From an uncultured Phycisphaerae bacterium (GTDB lineage: Bacteria > Planctomycetota > Phycisphaerae > UBA1845 > JANYLN01), in the NCBI GenBank assembly GCA_963767465.1, contig CAVYDW010000004.1, positions 59,176 through 123,175 of the forward strand: DNA of 64,000 bases, given 5' to 3'. Position numbers and translations under genes: made by a program. The notes under the pieces were generated by a model, which was given only the letters and a program-made list of their open reading frames with translations, had not been told where the DNA came from and searched no databases. This document shows, piece by piece, positions 24,197 through 33,183 of the stretch (its first letter is position 1; the number at the start of each line of letters is the position of its first letter).

Positions 24197-25066
24197 ATGC
24201 CCAAACGCAAGACCAACGTGTGCGACGAACTGGTCCTCAACAAGGTCGTGCTTCGACCGGACAGGACTCACAGTCGCCCGCCGCAGTCCATCGGCCGGAC
24301 CTTCGAGCCCTTCACGACCCCCAGCCGCGACAACAGCCGCGCAATCGCCGGCTGGTACTTCCCCACTGGCCAGTCCCGCGCCCTGGCCCTGGTCAACTCC
24401 TCCAATCGCGGCACCTGCAGCGACGCCCTCGACCACGCAGCCATGCTGCTGGAGATCGGGTGCAGCGTCCTGCTCTATGACTACCAGGGCTTTGGCGACA
24501 GCGAGGGCCTGGCTGACGTCCGGACGCTGGTCGGCGACGCCCACGGCGTGCTGGCCTGGGCGCAGAACCGGGGCCTGCTGCCCAGCCATGAGGACATGGC
24601 TCCTCAACAGCGCGGGACCATGGCACCCGACGGGATTCAGACCGACACAGCCCCCCTGCTGCTCGTCGGCCTGTCCCTGGGCAGCCTGGTGGCCATCCGC
24701 CTGGCTGGCCAGCTCGCCCCCTCGGTCCGCGCCCTGGTCCTGGATGGCGCGGTCGAGCCGATGCGGGCCCTCCGCCGCAGGCTCGGCCCCCTCGGCGCAG
24801 TGATCGCCGAGGTCGCCTGCTCCCAGGTCCCCGACGACCTCCGCGCCGAGACCCGGATCCAGGCCGTGACCTGCCCCATCCTCATGGTCCACGGCCGGCA
24901 GGACACCATCAGCACCGTCGAGGACGCCGAGTACCTAGCCAGCCGCGCCCGCAGCGCAACCCTTTGGGTCCTGGACGATTGCAGCCATCTCGATATCATC
25001 ACTCGCCATCGCGACGAGTACCGCCGGCGGATCGAGCCGTTGCTGGCAGGACCGATCGTCCGATAA
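24197..25066 (+). CDS. alpha/beta-fold hydrolase
   Basis: Nucleophile elbow GLSLGS, later HGRQDT and CSHLD, giving Ser-Asp-His order. ATG 24197 is preferred (the ORF-track start is 24161). Confidence 0.7.
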   Translation: MPKRKTNVCDELVLNKVVLRPDRTHSRPPQSIGRTFEPFTTPSRDNSRAIAGWYFPTGQSRALALVNSSNRGTCSDALDHAAMLLEIGCSVLLYDYQGFGDSEGLADVRTLVGDAHGVLAWAQNRGLLPSHEDMAPQQRGTMAPDGIQTDTAPLLLVGLSLGSLVAIRLAGQLAPSVRALVLDGAVEPMRALRRRLGPLGAVIAEVACSQVPDDLRAETRIQAVTCPILMVHGRQDTISTVEDAEYLASRARSATLWVLDDCSHLDIITRHRDEYRRRIEPLLAGPIVR

Positions 25067-25265
25067 GGTGTACTGGTTCCGCGCGGACGTGCCGAAACCC
25101 TGCGGATCGGGTAGACTTGTTGACCTTCGAAGCTGCAGGACCATGTGGCACAGCCGGGTGTTCACGGTCCTGTCGGCCGGGTACATGGCTTCCGGCAGCT
25201 GACTGGCCCGATCTGGCCGCAGGGCCCTGCCCTGCCGCCGCGATCGCGGGTGCATTGGGATTCGA

Positions 25266-26342
25266 ATGAGCCACACACTTACGGAACTAGCCGCCTTCCT
25301 GGGCCAGAACGGCCTGCCCTGCCACATCGTCGGCGACCCTGGGCACCGCGTCGCCAGCGTCGCCACCCTCGAAGACGCCCGCTGCGATGAGGTCTCCTTC
25401 CTCTCCAACCCCAAGTACGAGAAGATGCTGGCCGCCACCCAGGCCGGCGCCGTCGTCGTCAAGACCGGCGTGCAGCCCCCGCGCCCCATGAACCTCCTGG
25501 AGGTAGCCGACCCTTACGCCGCCATCATGATCCTCATCATCCGCATCCACGGCTATCGCCGCCATCAGCCCATCGGCCTCAGCGACCGGGCCCACATAGC
25601 GGCCACCGCGCGGATCGGCCGCAACGCCAACATCTGGCCCTTCGCGACTATCGGCGAGGAGGTGGTCATCGGCGACGACGCGACGATCTACCCCGGCTGC
25701 TTCGTGGCCGACGGCTGCAAGCTCGGCGACGGCGTGGTCCTCATGCCCAACGTCGTGCTCTACGAGAAGGTGGTCCTGGGCAACCGCGTGATCATCCACG
25801 CCGGCACGGTCGTCGGCGAGGACGGGCTGGGCTTTGCTCCCGTCGACGGCAAGTGGGAGAAGATCCCCCAGGTCGGCTGGGTGGAGATCGGCGACGACGT
25901 CGAGCTCGGCGCCAACTGCAGCATCGACCGCGCCACCCTCGGCAAAACCGTCATCGCAAGCGGCACCAAGTTCAGCAACCTGATCGCCATCGGCCACGGC
26001 TGCAAGATCGGCGAGAACTGCATGCTGGTCGCCCAGGTCGGCATCGCCGGCTCCGTCACCGTCGGCAACCACGTGACCCTGGCGGGCCAGGCCGGCGTGG
26101 TCGGCCATATCAGCATCGGCGACAACGCCACGATCGGCGCCAAGGCCGGCATCACCAACGACGTGCCGGCCGGCCAGACGTACCTGGGCGCGCCCTCCGC
26201 GGAGATCGGCCAGAAGAAACGCGAATATGCCCTGGTGCACAAGCTGCCGGACATGCGGCTGAGGCTCCGCCAGCTCGAGTCCACCGTCCAGCAGCTCCAG
26301 CAGGAGATCCATGACCTCAAGGCCCGGCAAAACCAACCTTGA
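25266..26342 (+). CDS. lpxD: UDP-3-O-acylglucosamine N-acyltransferase
   Basis: The N-terminal LpxD-type domain (LAAFLGQ..., VSFLSNPKYEKML) is followed by a long hexapeptide-repeat left-handed beta-helix and a C-terminal helix. Adjacent to lpxI. Confidence 0.85.
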   Translation: MSHTLTELAAFLGQNGLPCHIVGDPGHRVASVATLEDARCDEVSFLSNPKYEKMLAATQAGAVVVKTGVQPPRPMNLLEVADPYAAIMILIIRIHGYRRHQPIGLSDRAHIAATARIGRNANIWPFATIGEEVVIGDDATIYPGCFVADGCKLGDGVVLMPNVVLYEKVVLGNRVIIHAGTVVGEDGLGFAPVDGKWEKIPQVGWVEIGDDVELGANCSIDRATLGKTVIASGTKFSNLIAIGHGCKIGENCMLVAQVGIAGSVTVGNHVTLAGQAGVVGHISIGDNATIGAKAGITNDVPAGQTYLGAPSAEIGQKKREYALVHKLPDMRLRLRQLESTVQQLQQEIHDLKARQNQP

Positions 26343-27198
26343 GTCGCCCCTGGGCCTGATCGCCGGGGCCGGGTCCTTCCCGTTCCTGGTCGCCGAAGGG
26401 GCCAAACGCGAAGGCCGCCCCGTCGTGATCGTCGGCCTGCGGGGCTTCGCCGAGCCGGGCCTGCGGGACCTGGCTGACGCCTTCTACTGGTCCGGCGTCG
26501 CCCGCCTGGGCGGCTGGAAGCGGATCTTCGCCAAAGAAGGCGTCCGCGAGGCGATCATGGCCGGCCGCGTCCGCAAGGCGGACATGTACGGCCGGCTGCG
26601 GTTGCTGCGGTACCTGCCCGACTGGACGAGCTTGCGGGTGTGGTACCGCAAGGCCCGCGACAAGCGGAACGACAGTATCCTGCAGGCGGCGGCGGACGAA
26701 CTGGCCGCCGGAGGAGTGACGCTCATCGACTCGACACGCTACTGCCCCCAGGCGATCGCCCAGGCCGGCGTCCTCACGGCCCACGGACCCACCGAGCCCC
26801 AGTGGCGCGACATCCACTTCGGCTGGCGGATCGCCAAGGAGATGGGCCGGCTGGACATCGGCCAGTCCATCGCCGTCAAGGAGCAGGAGGTCATCGCCGT
26901 CGAGGCCGTCGAAGGCACCGACGAGATGATCCGCCGAGCCGGCCACCTCTGCCGCCAGGGCGGCTGGACCCTCATCAAGGCCGCCAAGCCGAACCAGGAC
27001 ATGCGCTTCGACGTCCCCTCCATCGGCCCGGCCACCCTGGAAAACATGCACGCCGCCCACGCCGCCGTCCTGGCCATCGAAGCCGGCAAGACGCTCCTCC
27101 TGGAACGCGAAAAGACCCTCGACCTGGCCGCGCGGTACGGCATCGTCATCGTCGCCCTGGCTGGGGAGACTGCTGGAAAGACGGACGTTAAGAAATGA
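26311..27198 (+). CDS. lpxI: LpxI-family (DUF1009) UDP-2,3-diacylglucosamine hydrolase
   Basis: LGLIAGAGSFPFLVAEGAK at the N-terminus and DIGQSIAVKEQEVIAVEAVEGTDEMIRRAG, DMRFDVPSIGPATL match my memory of LpxI. The start overlaps the lpxD end. Confidence 0.7.
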   Translation: MTSRPGKTNLESPLGLIAGAGSFPFLVAEGAKREGRPVVIVGLRGFAEPGLRDLADAFYWSGVARLGGWKRIFAKEGVREAIMAGRVRKADMYGRLRLLRYLPDWTSLRVWYRKARDKRNDSILQAAADELAAGGVTLIDSTRYCPQAIAQAGVLTAHGPTEPQWRDIHFGWRIAKEMGRLDIGQSIAVKEQEVIAVEAVEGTDEMIRRAGHLCRQGGWTLIKAAKPNQDMRFDVPSIGPATLENMHAAHAAVLAIEAGKTLLLEREKTLDLAARYGIVIVALAGETAGKTDVKK

Positions 27199-27292
27199 GT
27201 ATGCTGGCTCCTCCGGGCAGTAGGAAAACGTCATTCCCGCTGAAGAGAGTCTGCGGGTTTCCTTCGCTTCCTTGCATGGTTCGCACCCGGTG

Positions 27293-27511
27293 TTATTCGA
27301 ACTTGAATATGTCCGCCAACGCGTTCACTATCGCTTCGCCAAAGCGCCCAATCGCATCGCCGACCATGTGGTTCTGCCTGTGTGCCACGTACCAGCCTGA
27401 CTGCCAGGCTGCCACAAAGAGATAGCCGGTTATCTTGAACATGGCCACGAACAGCCGAACTGTTACTATCACCAGAACCTTAGTGACCTGTCCAGGACTA
27501 GGGACTATCAT
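27293..27511 (-). CDS. small hydrophobic protein (72 aa), first cargo gene of the low-GC island
   Basis: MIVPSPGQVTKVLVIVTVRLFVAMFKITGYLFVAAWQSGWYV... has two hydrophobic segments. The ORF-track start at 27580 lies inside the IS21 terminus and is therefore artefactual. No clear RBS. Confidence 0.3.
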   Translation of the reverse strand: MIVPSPGQVTKVLVIVTVRLFVAMFKITGYLFVAAWQSGWYVAHRQNHMVGDAIGRFGEAIVNALADIFKFE

Positions 27512-27710
27512 GGACTGACCTATTGTGCTTCGTACTCTACCGGCTGTCAAGCGACAATTATCCTTCCTCTTCAACGACAATTAGATCTCCCGATTCCGCC
27601 GCCGTGGTCGTGGTTGTTGGTTTCTTTCTTTTTGCTCCTTTTTCTTTCTTTGTAACTGCCTGTGAGTTCCTGTGAATTGCTGTGAGATTGTCAGAGTGCC
27701 CGGCCGGTCG

Positions 27711-28495
27711 TCACTCGGGGGAGGGGTCGGTGGCGTCGGGCCGGTTCTTTTTGGCCTGCTCGATCCGATAACTTGGGACGTTCAGTTCCAGGATCACGCA
27801 ATGGTGCACCAGCCGGTCGATTGCCGCGGCCGTGGTCATCGGGTCCTTGAAGATCGCCTCCCACTTCGAGAACGGCAGGTTGCTGGTGATCATCACGCTG
27901 CCCCGCTCGTACCGCTCGGCTAGCAGGGTGAATAGCACCTCCATCTCTTCCCGGCTCTGCTGGACGTATCCCAGGTCGTCGATCAGCACCGCTTCGTAGC
28001 GGCCCAGCTTCTGGATCAACCGACTGAGTTTCAGATCCCGCTTGGCCGCCAGCAGGTCCTGCACCAGCCGACTGCACGTGCTGAAGTACACCTTGCGGCC
28101 CTGGCGAATCAACTCCTGCGCCAACGCGCACAAAAGGTGCGTCTTGCCACCGCCGACGCTGCCGAAGACCAATACGTTCTCCCGGCGATCCACGAAGTCT
28201 GCCTTCCAGCAGCGTCCGCACCTGCCGGGTGACCTTGGCCGGCAGCCGCTTCAGGTCGAAGCCGGCCAGATTCTTCTCCGCCGGCAATCGCGACTCCCGC
28301 AGGCATCGCTCAAGCCGGTGTTGCCGGCGAACCTGGCACTCGCGTTGGACCAGCGTCAGCAGGAACTGCTCGTAGCTCGAGGGTTTCCTGTTCCGCCTGC
28401 CGGGCCAGTTCCTCAAAGCACTCCCGGATCGTCGGCAGGTGCAGTTCCCGCAGGCAGGCTTCCAGAGTGGCCTTCTCTTGCTCGGGAGGTTTCAT
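27711..28495 (-). pseudogene. istB: IS21-family IstB ATP-binding helper, two apparent frame breaks (near 28375 and 28200)
   Basis: Walker A is VLVFGSVGGGKTHL and Walker B is VLIDDLGY. N-terminus is MKPPEQEKATLEACLRELHLPTIRECFEEL. The pieces lie in three frames. Confidence 0.75.
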
Positions 28496-29997
28496 ACGGT
28501 CACCTCCTGGCCGATCATCAAGGCGTCATACGCAGCCAGGTCCACCGGCTCGATTCGGACCTGCGTGACCGGCGGGATCGCCTCCCGGCGGTCCACCAAG
28601 GCTTCCACCGCCTCCAGACAGATCGGCTGACCTTCCTGCAACAGGTGCCGCAACGCCTCATCCACCCCGTCCTGTGTCTGGCGAGCCGCCAGGTACAGGA
28701 TCCGCAGGTACGTCTTGACCCCACGCTCGGCCTGCGTGTCTTTCAGGTGGTCGTATGCCATCCGGAACCGGCTCGTGGGGAACAGGTCCTCCCGATAGCG
28801 GTACTGTTCGAAGGCCCCGGGCTTGCGGACCAGCCAGTCGATGATGTGCCGGTACGAGACCTGGTGCCGCTGCCGGCCGCGAAGCCGCCCCAACCGCTCG
28901 ATGAGCCGCTGGGCGTACCAGATCTCCAGGTGCTCCGCATAGAGCCGGACTTCCACCTTCTCCCCGATCAGCCGGCTGTCCACCGAGTAGATGTTGCGAT
29001 CCACATGGATCAGGCTGCCGGTATCGACCTTCACATCCAGCCGCTGGGCGCTTTCCAGCCGCCGATCCGGCAGGTCGCGCAGGAGGGCCTGTTCCTCCGC
29101 CAACCGCGACCGCCGCCCGGCGTTGAGTCTGCTCAAACAACTCGCCCAGGAAGGCCTCATAGAGTTCCCGGCTGGCAAAGTCCCGGCCGTCGCGCAGCAG
29201 CAGGGCCTGCTCCAGAGCTTGCTTGAAGCGGTGATGACGCTGCTCCACATCGCCGTTCTCGTTGGCCTTGCCGGCCTGAATCCGCTGCCCCAGCAGCCCG
29301 TAATGATCCAGCAACCCCTGGCAGCGCCGCGTGAACTCCGGCTCGCTACGCGATCCCGCCTCCAGGAACCGGGACAGGTTATGCACCGCCGCCGACAACC
29401 GATCCGTTCGATGCTCGGCCGGGACTCCGCCCAAGGCCCACAGGGCGTCCTGCAGGCCTTGCGAGAGGCTCTCATAGCTCTCCGAGAAGCAGACCGTGCC
29501 GTGCTCCCAGTTCGAGTACGTCAACACGAAGTGGTAAATCATGTGGTCGAACGGCTGGCCGGCGATCGTAATGCCCAGCTCCGACAGGTGGGTGAAGTCC
29601 GACTGGCAGAGTCGGCCCGGCTCGTGCACCTGGGCGAAGAACACCTCCCGCGGCGGTCCTTCCAGCGCCCGCCAGGTCTTGATCCGCGCTGAAACGACCG
29701 CAACTGCCCATCCTGGAACCTACCTGGATGCCTCCGCTGCAACGCCTGGAACAGCACCTTGGCCTGCAGCCCCGGATTGACCGCCAGTTCCTGGTGAACC
29801 TCGTCCCAAACCTCCGCGAAGGGGTCGCCCCGCGTCCGCCACGTGTGAGCAGCTGCGATCTCGCCGGGCAACCGCATCAGCCGCCGATACTTCCGTGCGG
29901 TCGTCACGTCCATCCCCGCCTTCGCCGCTGCCACCACCTGTGAGTCCTCTGTCTGTAACAACCTATGTAACCTCCTGACTTGCTGGTCTGTGACCAT
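28492..29997 (-). pseudogene. istA: IS21-family IstA transposase, two apparent frame breaks (near 29690 and 29120)
   Basis: HTH N-terminus MVTDQQVRRLHRLL... DDE core reads CQSDFTHLSELGITIAG...HFVLTYSNWEH...EHRTDRLSAA. The C-terminal part is in ORF 28492..29475. Confidence 0.75.
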
Positions 29998-30134
29998 CCA
30001 GGCTCCTTTTCGAAGGAACCCTGAATAGCCGACCACCTCTCAAAAGCCAGGGAGTTTTAATTGTCGCTGACAGGGAATTCTAATTGTCGCCCAACAACCG
30101 GCGTACGTGGATCATTCTTGTCTCATGCGAGTGT

Positions 30135-30160
30135 CGCCGGGCGGGTTGGCCCGCCCGGCG
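30135..30160. terminator. perfect 11-bp GC stem-loop 24 nt downstream of the mini zinc-finger ORF
   Basis: CGCCGGGCGGG-ttgg-CCCGCCCGGCG. No U-tract. Confidence 0.35.
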
Positions 30161-30183
30161 AAATACAGCCAGCGACCTCGCGT

Positions 30184-30315
30184 CTAGTGGCCGCACTTGG
30201 GGCAGAGTTCGCCCTTGCCTTTGCAGTTCGGGCATTGACGCCCGTCCTTCATGCCTTTGCCTTGACAGGTCGGGCACTTCACTCTGGTTACGCTGCAAGT
30301 CGTACAATATGACAT
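30184..30315 (-). CDS. 43-aa cysteine-rich mini-protein with DnaJ-type CxxCxGxG zinc-centre repeats (below the ORF-track cutoff)
   Basis: AGGAGAAGG lies 3 nt before ATG 30315. The translation is MSYCTTCSVTRVKCPTCQGKGMKDGRQCPNCKGKGELCPKCGH, with four CxxC pairs, two of them full CxxCxGxG. A stem-loop follows the TAG stop. Confidence 0.5.
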   Translation of the reverse strand: MSYCTTCSVTRVKCPTCQGKGMKDGRQCPNCKGKGELCPKCGH

Positions 30316-30450
30316 TGTCCTTCTCCTACTGCGTCAGACATTACGCGTTCGTCACTTCGTCCTGCCTGCCGGAACGCGGTGACAGCAGGCTTGTAGCGAG
30401 CCGAGTGTTCATGAAGACTGCTCAACTCTCCAGCACAGTCTAGATTTGAC

Positions 30451-32024
30451 GTATCTGTTTAGCGGCCTGAAAGACACTGATTGGTGAGCGGAGTGGTTGG
30501 CATATAATAGTGTTGCCGCCGGCGCGGTGGAACTTGGGTTGCGACGCGGTTGGAACCGGCGAGCAAGCGGGGTCAAGGATGGCCCGAGCGAGTTACGAAG
30601 AACTTCTGGCCGAGAATCAGCAACTCCGGCAGCGAGTAACGGAACTGGAAGGGCAGGTTCGGCAGTTGACCGCTCAAGTTCGCGAACTGACCGCCCAATT
30701 CCAGGAAGCCCTGCGAGCCACCAAACGGCAAGCCGCGCCGTTTTCCAAGGGACCGCCCAAAGCAAACCCTAAGCTTCCCGGTCGCAAGGCCGGGGCAGAT
30801 TATGGTCCCAAGGCGCATCGCCCTCTGCCGGAGCAGATGCCTGACGAGATCCACGACGTGCCTCTGCCCGAGCGGTGCCCCGACTGCGGCGGGCCTGTGC
30901 GGGAAGATCACATCGATCGGCAATTCCAGGTCGAAATCCCGCGCAAGCCCCTCGTACGGCGGTTCGATGTCCACGTCGGAGGGTGCCGCGCGTGCGGCCG
31001 ACGCATTCGTCCGCGGCATCGCTTGCAGACCTCGCAGGCGAGCGGGGCGGCGGCCTCACAGACCGGACCGGACCTGCAAGCCCTGATCGCGATGATGAAG
31101 GACAAGTACGGACTGAGTTACGGGGACATCCAGGGACTGTTAAATGACGGCTTCGGCATCTCGATCAGCCGAGGCGGGGCCGCCCAGGTCGTGCAGCGGG
31201 CAGCGCAGCGAGCCGAAGCGTTCTACGACCGCATCGGCCAGATCGTGCGGGCCAGCGATACGGTCTATCCCGACGAGACGGGCTGGAAGGTCGGCGGGCT
31301 GCTGAAGTGGCTATGGGTCTTCGCGGGCGAGCAGGTCAGATACTACGTGATTCGTCCCAGCCGCGGCCGCGATGTGCTGGAAGAGGTGCTGGGCAGAGAC
31401 TATAGCGGGTGGATGACGCATGACGGGTGGGCTCCGTATGACGGCCTGGAGCAGGCGGAGCATCAGCAGTGTGTCACCCACCTGCTGCGCCGGGCCCAGG
31501 ACCTGTTGGAACGGGCCCGCCGCGGGGCGGTCCGCTTCCCGCGGCAGGTTCACCAATTGTTGCTGGACGCCCTGGACCTGCGGGACCGACGGGATGTCTT
31601 TTCGATCAGCTCTTACGGCTTGGCTGTAGCGCAGGGGCGATTGGAATCGCGACTGAAGGGATTGCTGGGCTGGAGGCTCTCGCACGAAGGTAACCGGAAG
31701 TTCCGGGACCATTTGGCCCGGCACGCCGAACAGATCCTCACGTTCCTGTACGTATGGGGGCTGGAGGCGAGCAACTGGCCAGCCGAGCAGGCGATCCGTC
31801 CGATGGTGGCCAATCGCAAGGTCTTCGGGGGAAATCGCACGTGGGCCGGGGCCCATGCCCAGGAGGTGCTGGGTAGTCTGTTTGCCACCTGCGCTCAGCA
31901 GACCCGCGACAGCCTGAGGTTGCTGTCAAACCTGATTCGCGCCACACCCCGTCAGCGAGCCGCCTACCTTGGGCACTTCCTCCCCGCCCCGGCGGGCTAA
32001 CACCTCAGACCGCTAAACAGATAC
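30451..32024 (+). mobile_element. IS66-family (single-ORF, ISBst12-like) insertion sequence, copy A (1574 bp)
   Basis: Terminal inverted repeats are GTATCTGTTTAGCGGCCTGA and the reverse complement GTATCTGTTTAGCGGTCTGA. An 8-bp target duplication GATTTGAC lies at 30443-30450 and 32025-32032. Confidence 0.9.
30579..32000 (+). CDS. IS66-family transposase (intact copy)
   Basis: Contains an N-terminal leucine zipper (ENQQLRQRVTELEGQVRQLTAQVRELTAQ), a zinc finger CPDCGG...C..C, a DDE region (YPDETGWKV, MTHDGWAPY) and QQCVTHLLRR. ATG 30579 is preferred; GTG 30510 is possible. Confidence 0.85.
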   Translation: MARASYEELLAENQQLRQRVTELEGQVRQLTAQVRELTAQFQEALRATKRQAAPFSKGPPKANPKLPGRKAGADYGPKAHRPLPEQMPDEIHDVPLPERCPDCGGPVREDHIDRQFQVEIPRKPLVRRFDVHVGGCRACGRRIRPRHRLQTSQASGAAASQTGPDLQALIAMMKDKYGLSYGDIQGLLNDGFGISISRGGAAQVVQRAAQRAEAFYDRIGQIVRASDTVYPDETGWKVGGLLKWLWVFAGEQVRYYVIRPSRGRDVLEEVLGRDYSGWMTHDGWAPYDGLEQAEHQQCVTHLLRRAQDLLERARRGAVRFPRQVHQLLLDALDLRDRRDVFSISSYGLAVAQGRLESRLKGLLGWRLSHEGNRKFRDHLARHAEQILTFLYVWGLEASNWPAEQAIRPMVANRKVFGGNRTWAGAHAQEVLGSLFATCAQQTRDSLRLLSNLIRATPRQRAAYLGHFLPAPAG

Positions 32025-32376
32025 GATTTGACCTCGCCTTGGCTCTTACTGCCTCTTGTTCCTTCTCCCAGCCCGGAAGCGGCGACGACGACTCCCATGC
32101 CGACAAGACCCGCAATGCTAAAGGCGTCGAACGGCTTTTTTTGCTAGGCGGGTATCTGTCTGCCACGATGTCGCCTCGTGGAAACGACACATTGCCATCT
32201 CTCTGTGCTGCTCCCTGTCTTGCACGGTGATCAGGACCGATTCCTGTTGCGGGCCTAGGGGCAACGAGGAGACTCACAAGGATGGATAGAACAACTACGT
32301 CAAGTCTCTCCCTCATAAGCGTGTCCCCTGGGTTGTCGATCCGCCCGCGAGACGGCGGCCACGGCTGAACGGGCGA

Positions 32377-32832
32377 CTAATAATGTTGCCGAATCAAAAT
32401 CTGCCCCCATTCCTTCTTTAGTTCCGCGAGCATTGTTTGCAGATGGGCGTTCCCTGGGTCGAGCGCTACTGCTTTCTTCAACTGACTGATGCCCGCCGGG
32501 TAGTTTCCCGCGCGAACCAGTGTGACGGCTTTCTGCATAAGGGCTTGAACGGCGTCGCTGGCACCTGCTCCGGCACCTCCAGGTCGCGTTTCCTGGTGGA
32601 CGAGCTGACTTGCAAGATCGCGGTCGTAGGGCACACGCCTCTTATCGTCGAGCAAAGTCAATTCGGCTTCCAGGAGGAGCTTCATTCTGCGCTCAGCCGC
32701 CTGTCGTCTTTCAAGGTCATGCGCATTGTTCTCACGCTGGCCCCAGACGCGTTGTTCGCGCGTGATCGCCGCCTTAATGCTGTCCGCATCAGCAGAGCGG
32801 TCCAATCTCAAGAGAGCGTAGTAGTCTTCCAT
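32377..32832 (-). CDS. J-like domain protein lacking the HPD motif, with a C-terminal TPR
   Basis: GAGG lies 9 nt before ATG 32832. MEDYYALLRLDRSADADSIKAAITREQRVWGQRENN aligns to DYYEILGV...[17 protein letters not shown] with HPD replaced by GQR. Helix III/IV is ...LLEAELTLLDDKRRVPYDRDL. The C-terminal TPR is AVTLVRAGNYPAGISQLKKAVALDPGNAHL. Confidence 0.7.
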   Translation of the reverse strand: MEDYYALLRLDRSADADSIKAAITREQRVWGQRENNAHDLERRQAAERRMKLLLEAELTLLDDKRRVPYDRDLASQLVHQETRPGGAGAGASDAVQALMQKAVTLVRAGNYPAGISQLKKAVALDPGNAHLQTMLAELKKEWGQILIRQHY

Positions 32833-32850
32833 AAGCCGCACCTCGCAAGG

Positions 32851-33183
32851 TCATCGTCCAGCGCCGGAGTTGACACTGAAGATCAGAATCAGGAGAACAA
32901 TCAGTGCGGTGGTGACTAGGCCGAGAACTACACCGAGCTTCCAGGTGAACCCGGTCGGCTGAGCGCCATCCACCCACACCTTCCCGTCATTCCCATAGAC
33001 GTACAGTGCGTAGTTCCGGCCCTTGTATTCATATTTCACGCCTGTTACAGGAACGCCTGAGACCTCGCACTTCAGCCGAACAGGAAGGCATTCCTCTTTA
33101 AGCCGCTTGTTGGCCGTGACGGGATTCGGCAATTCCCGGAAGTACCCATCAATCAACTCGTGAAGGATCTGGGGATTCACCAT
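32851..33183 (-). CDS. tail-anchored protein (110 aa, single C-terminal TM helix)
   Basis: ATG 33183 overlaps the upstream stop (ATGGTGA); GTG 33204 is an alternative. The soluble domain contains ...VKYEYKGRNYALYVYGNDGKVWVDG... followed by WKLGVVLGLVTTALIVLLILIF. It could instead be the frameshifted C-terminus of the zinc-finger protein. Confidence 0.55.
   Translation of the reverse strand: MVNPQILHELIDGYFRELPNPVTANKRLKEECLPVRLKCEVSGVPVTGVKYEYKGRNYALYVYGNDGKVWVDGAQPTGFTWKLGVVLGLVTTALIVLLILIFSVNSGAGR

Larger units (their letters stand above)
27545..30096 (-). mobile_element. IS21-family insertion sequence, copy 1 (2552 bp)
   Basis: Ends are TGTCAAGCGACAATTA... and the reverse complement TGTTGGGCGACAATTA..., each with a second internal CGACAATTA repeat. 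A 6-bp target duplication ACCGGC lies at 27539-27544 and 30097-30102. The istA-istB pair has an ATGA overlap. Confidence 0.8.

Noticed and set aside
27581-27700. A pyrimidine-rich low-complexity tract (TTTCTTTCTTTTTGCTCCTTTTTCTTTCTTTG) plus CCTGTGAGTTCCTGTGAATTGCTGTGAG, considered as an island boundary, promoter or CRISPR-leader-like sequence.
   Set aside because: It lies inside IS21 copy 1, between the istB stop at 27711 and the element terminus at 27545. It is therefore part of the IS non-coding end and is not associated with any repeat-spacer array.
30451-32024. The IS66 elements were considered truncated because the usual IS66 tnpA/tnpB accessory ORFs are missing.
   Set aside because: Both copies have matching 20-bp terminal inverted repeats and clean 8-bp target duplications. 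The 1.57-kb single-ORF organisation therefore appears to be the complete element (ISBst12-like subgroup), not a fragment.
32005-32316. A 103-aa minus-strand ORF with a signal-peptide-like start (MRERLDVVVLSILVSLLVAP) downstream of the J-like gene, reading into IS66 copy A.
   Set aside because: The sequence after the hydrophobic start is Arg/Ser/Pro-rich and unconvincing. After in-silico IS excision the frame would run on across the mini zinc-finger gene start in a different frame. No RBS. It may be a sixth or seventh operon gene truncated by the IS, but support is too weak to list it as a feature.
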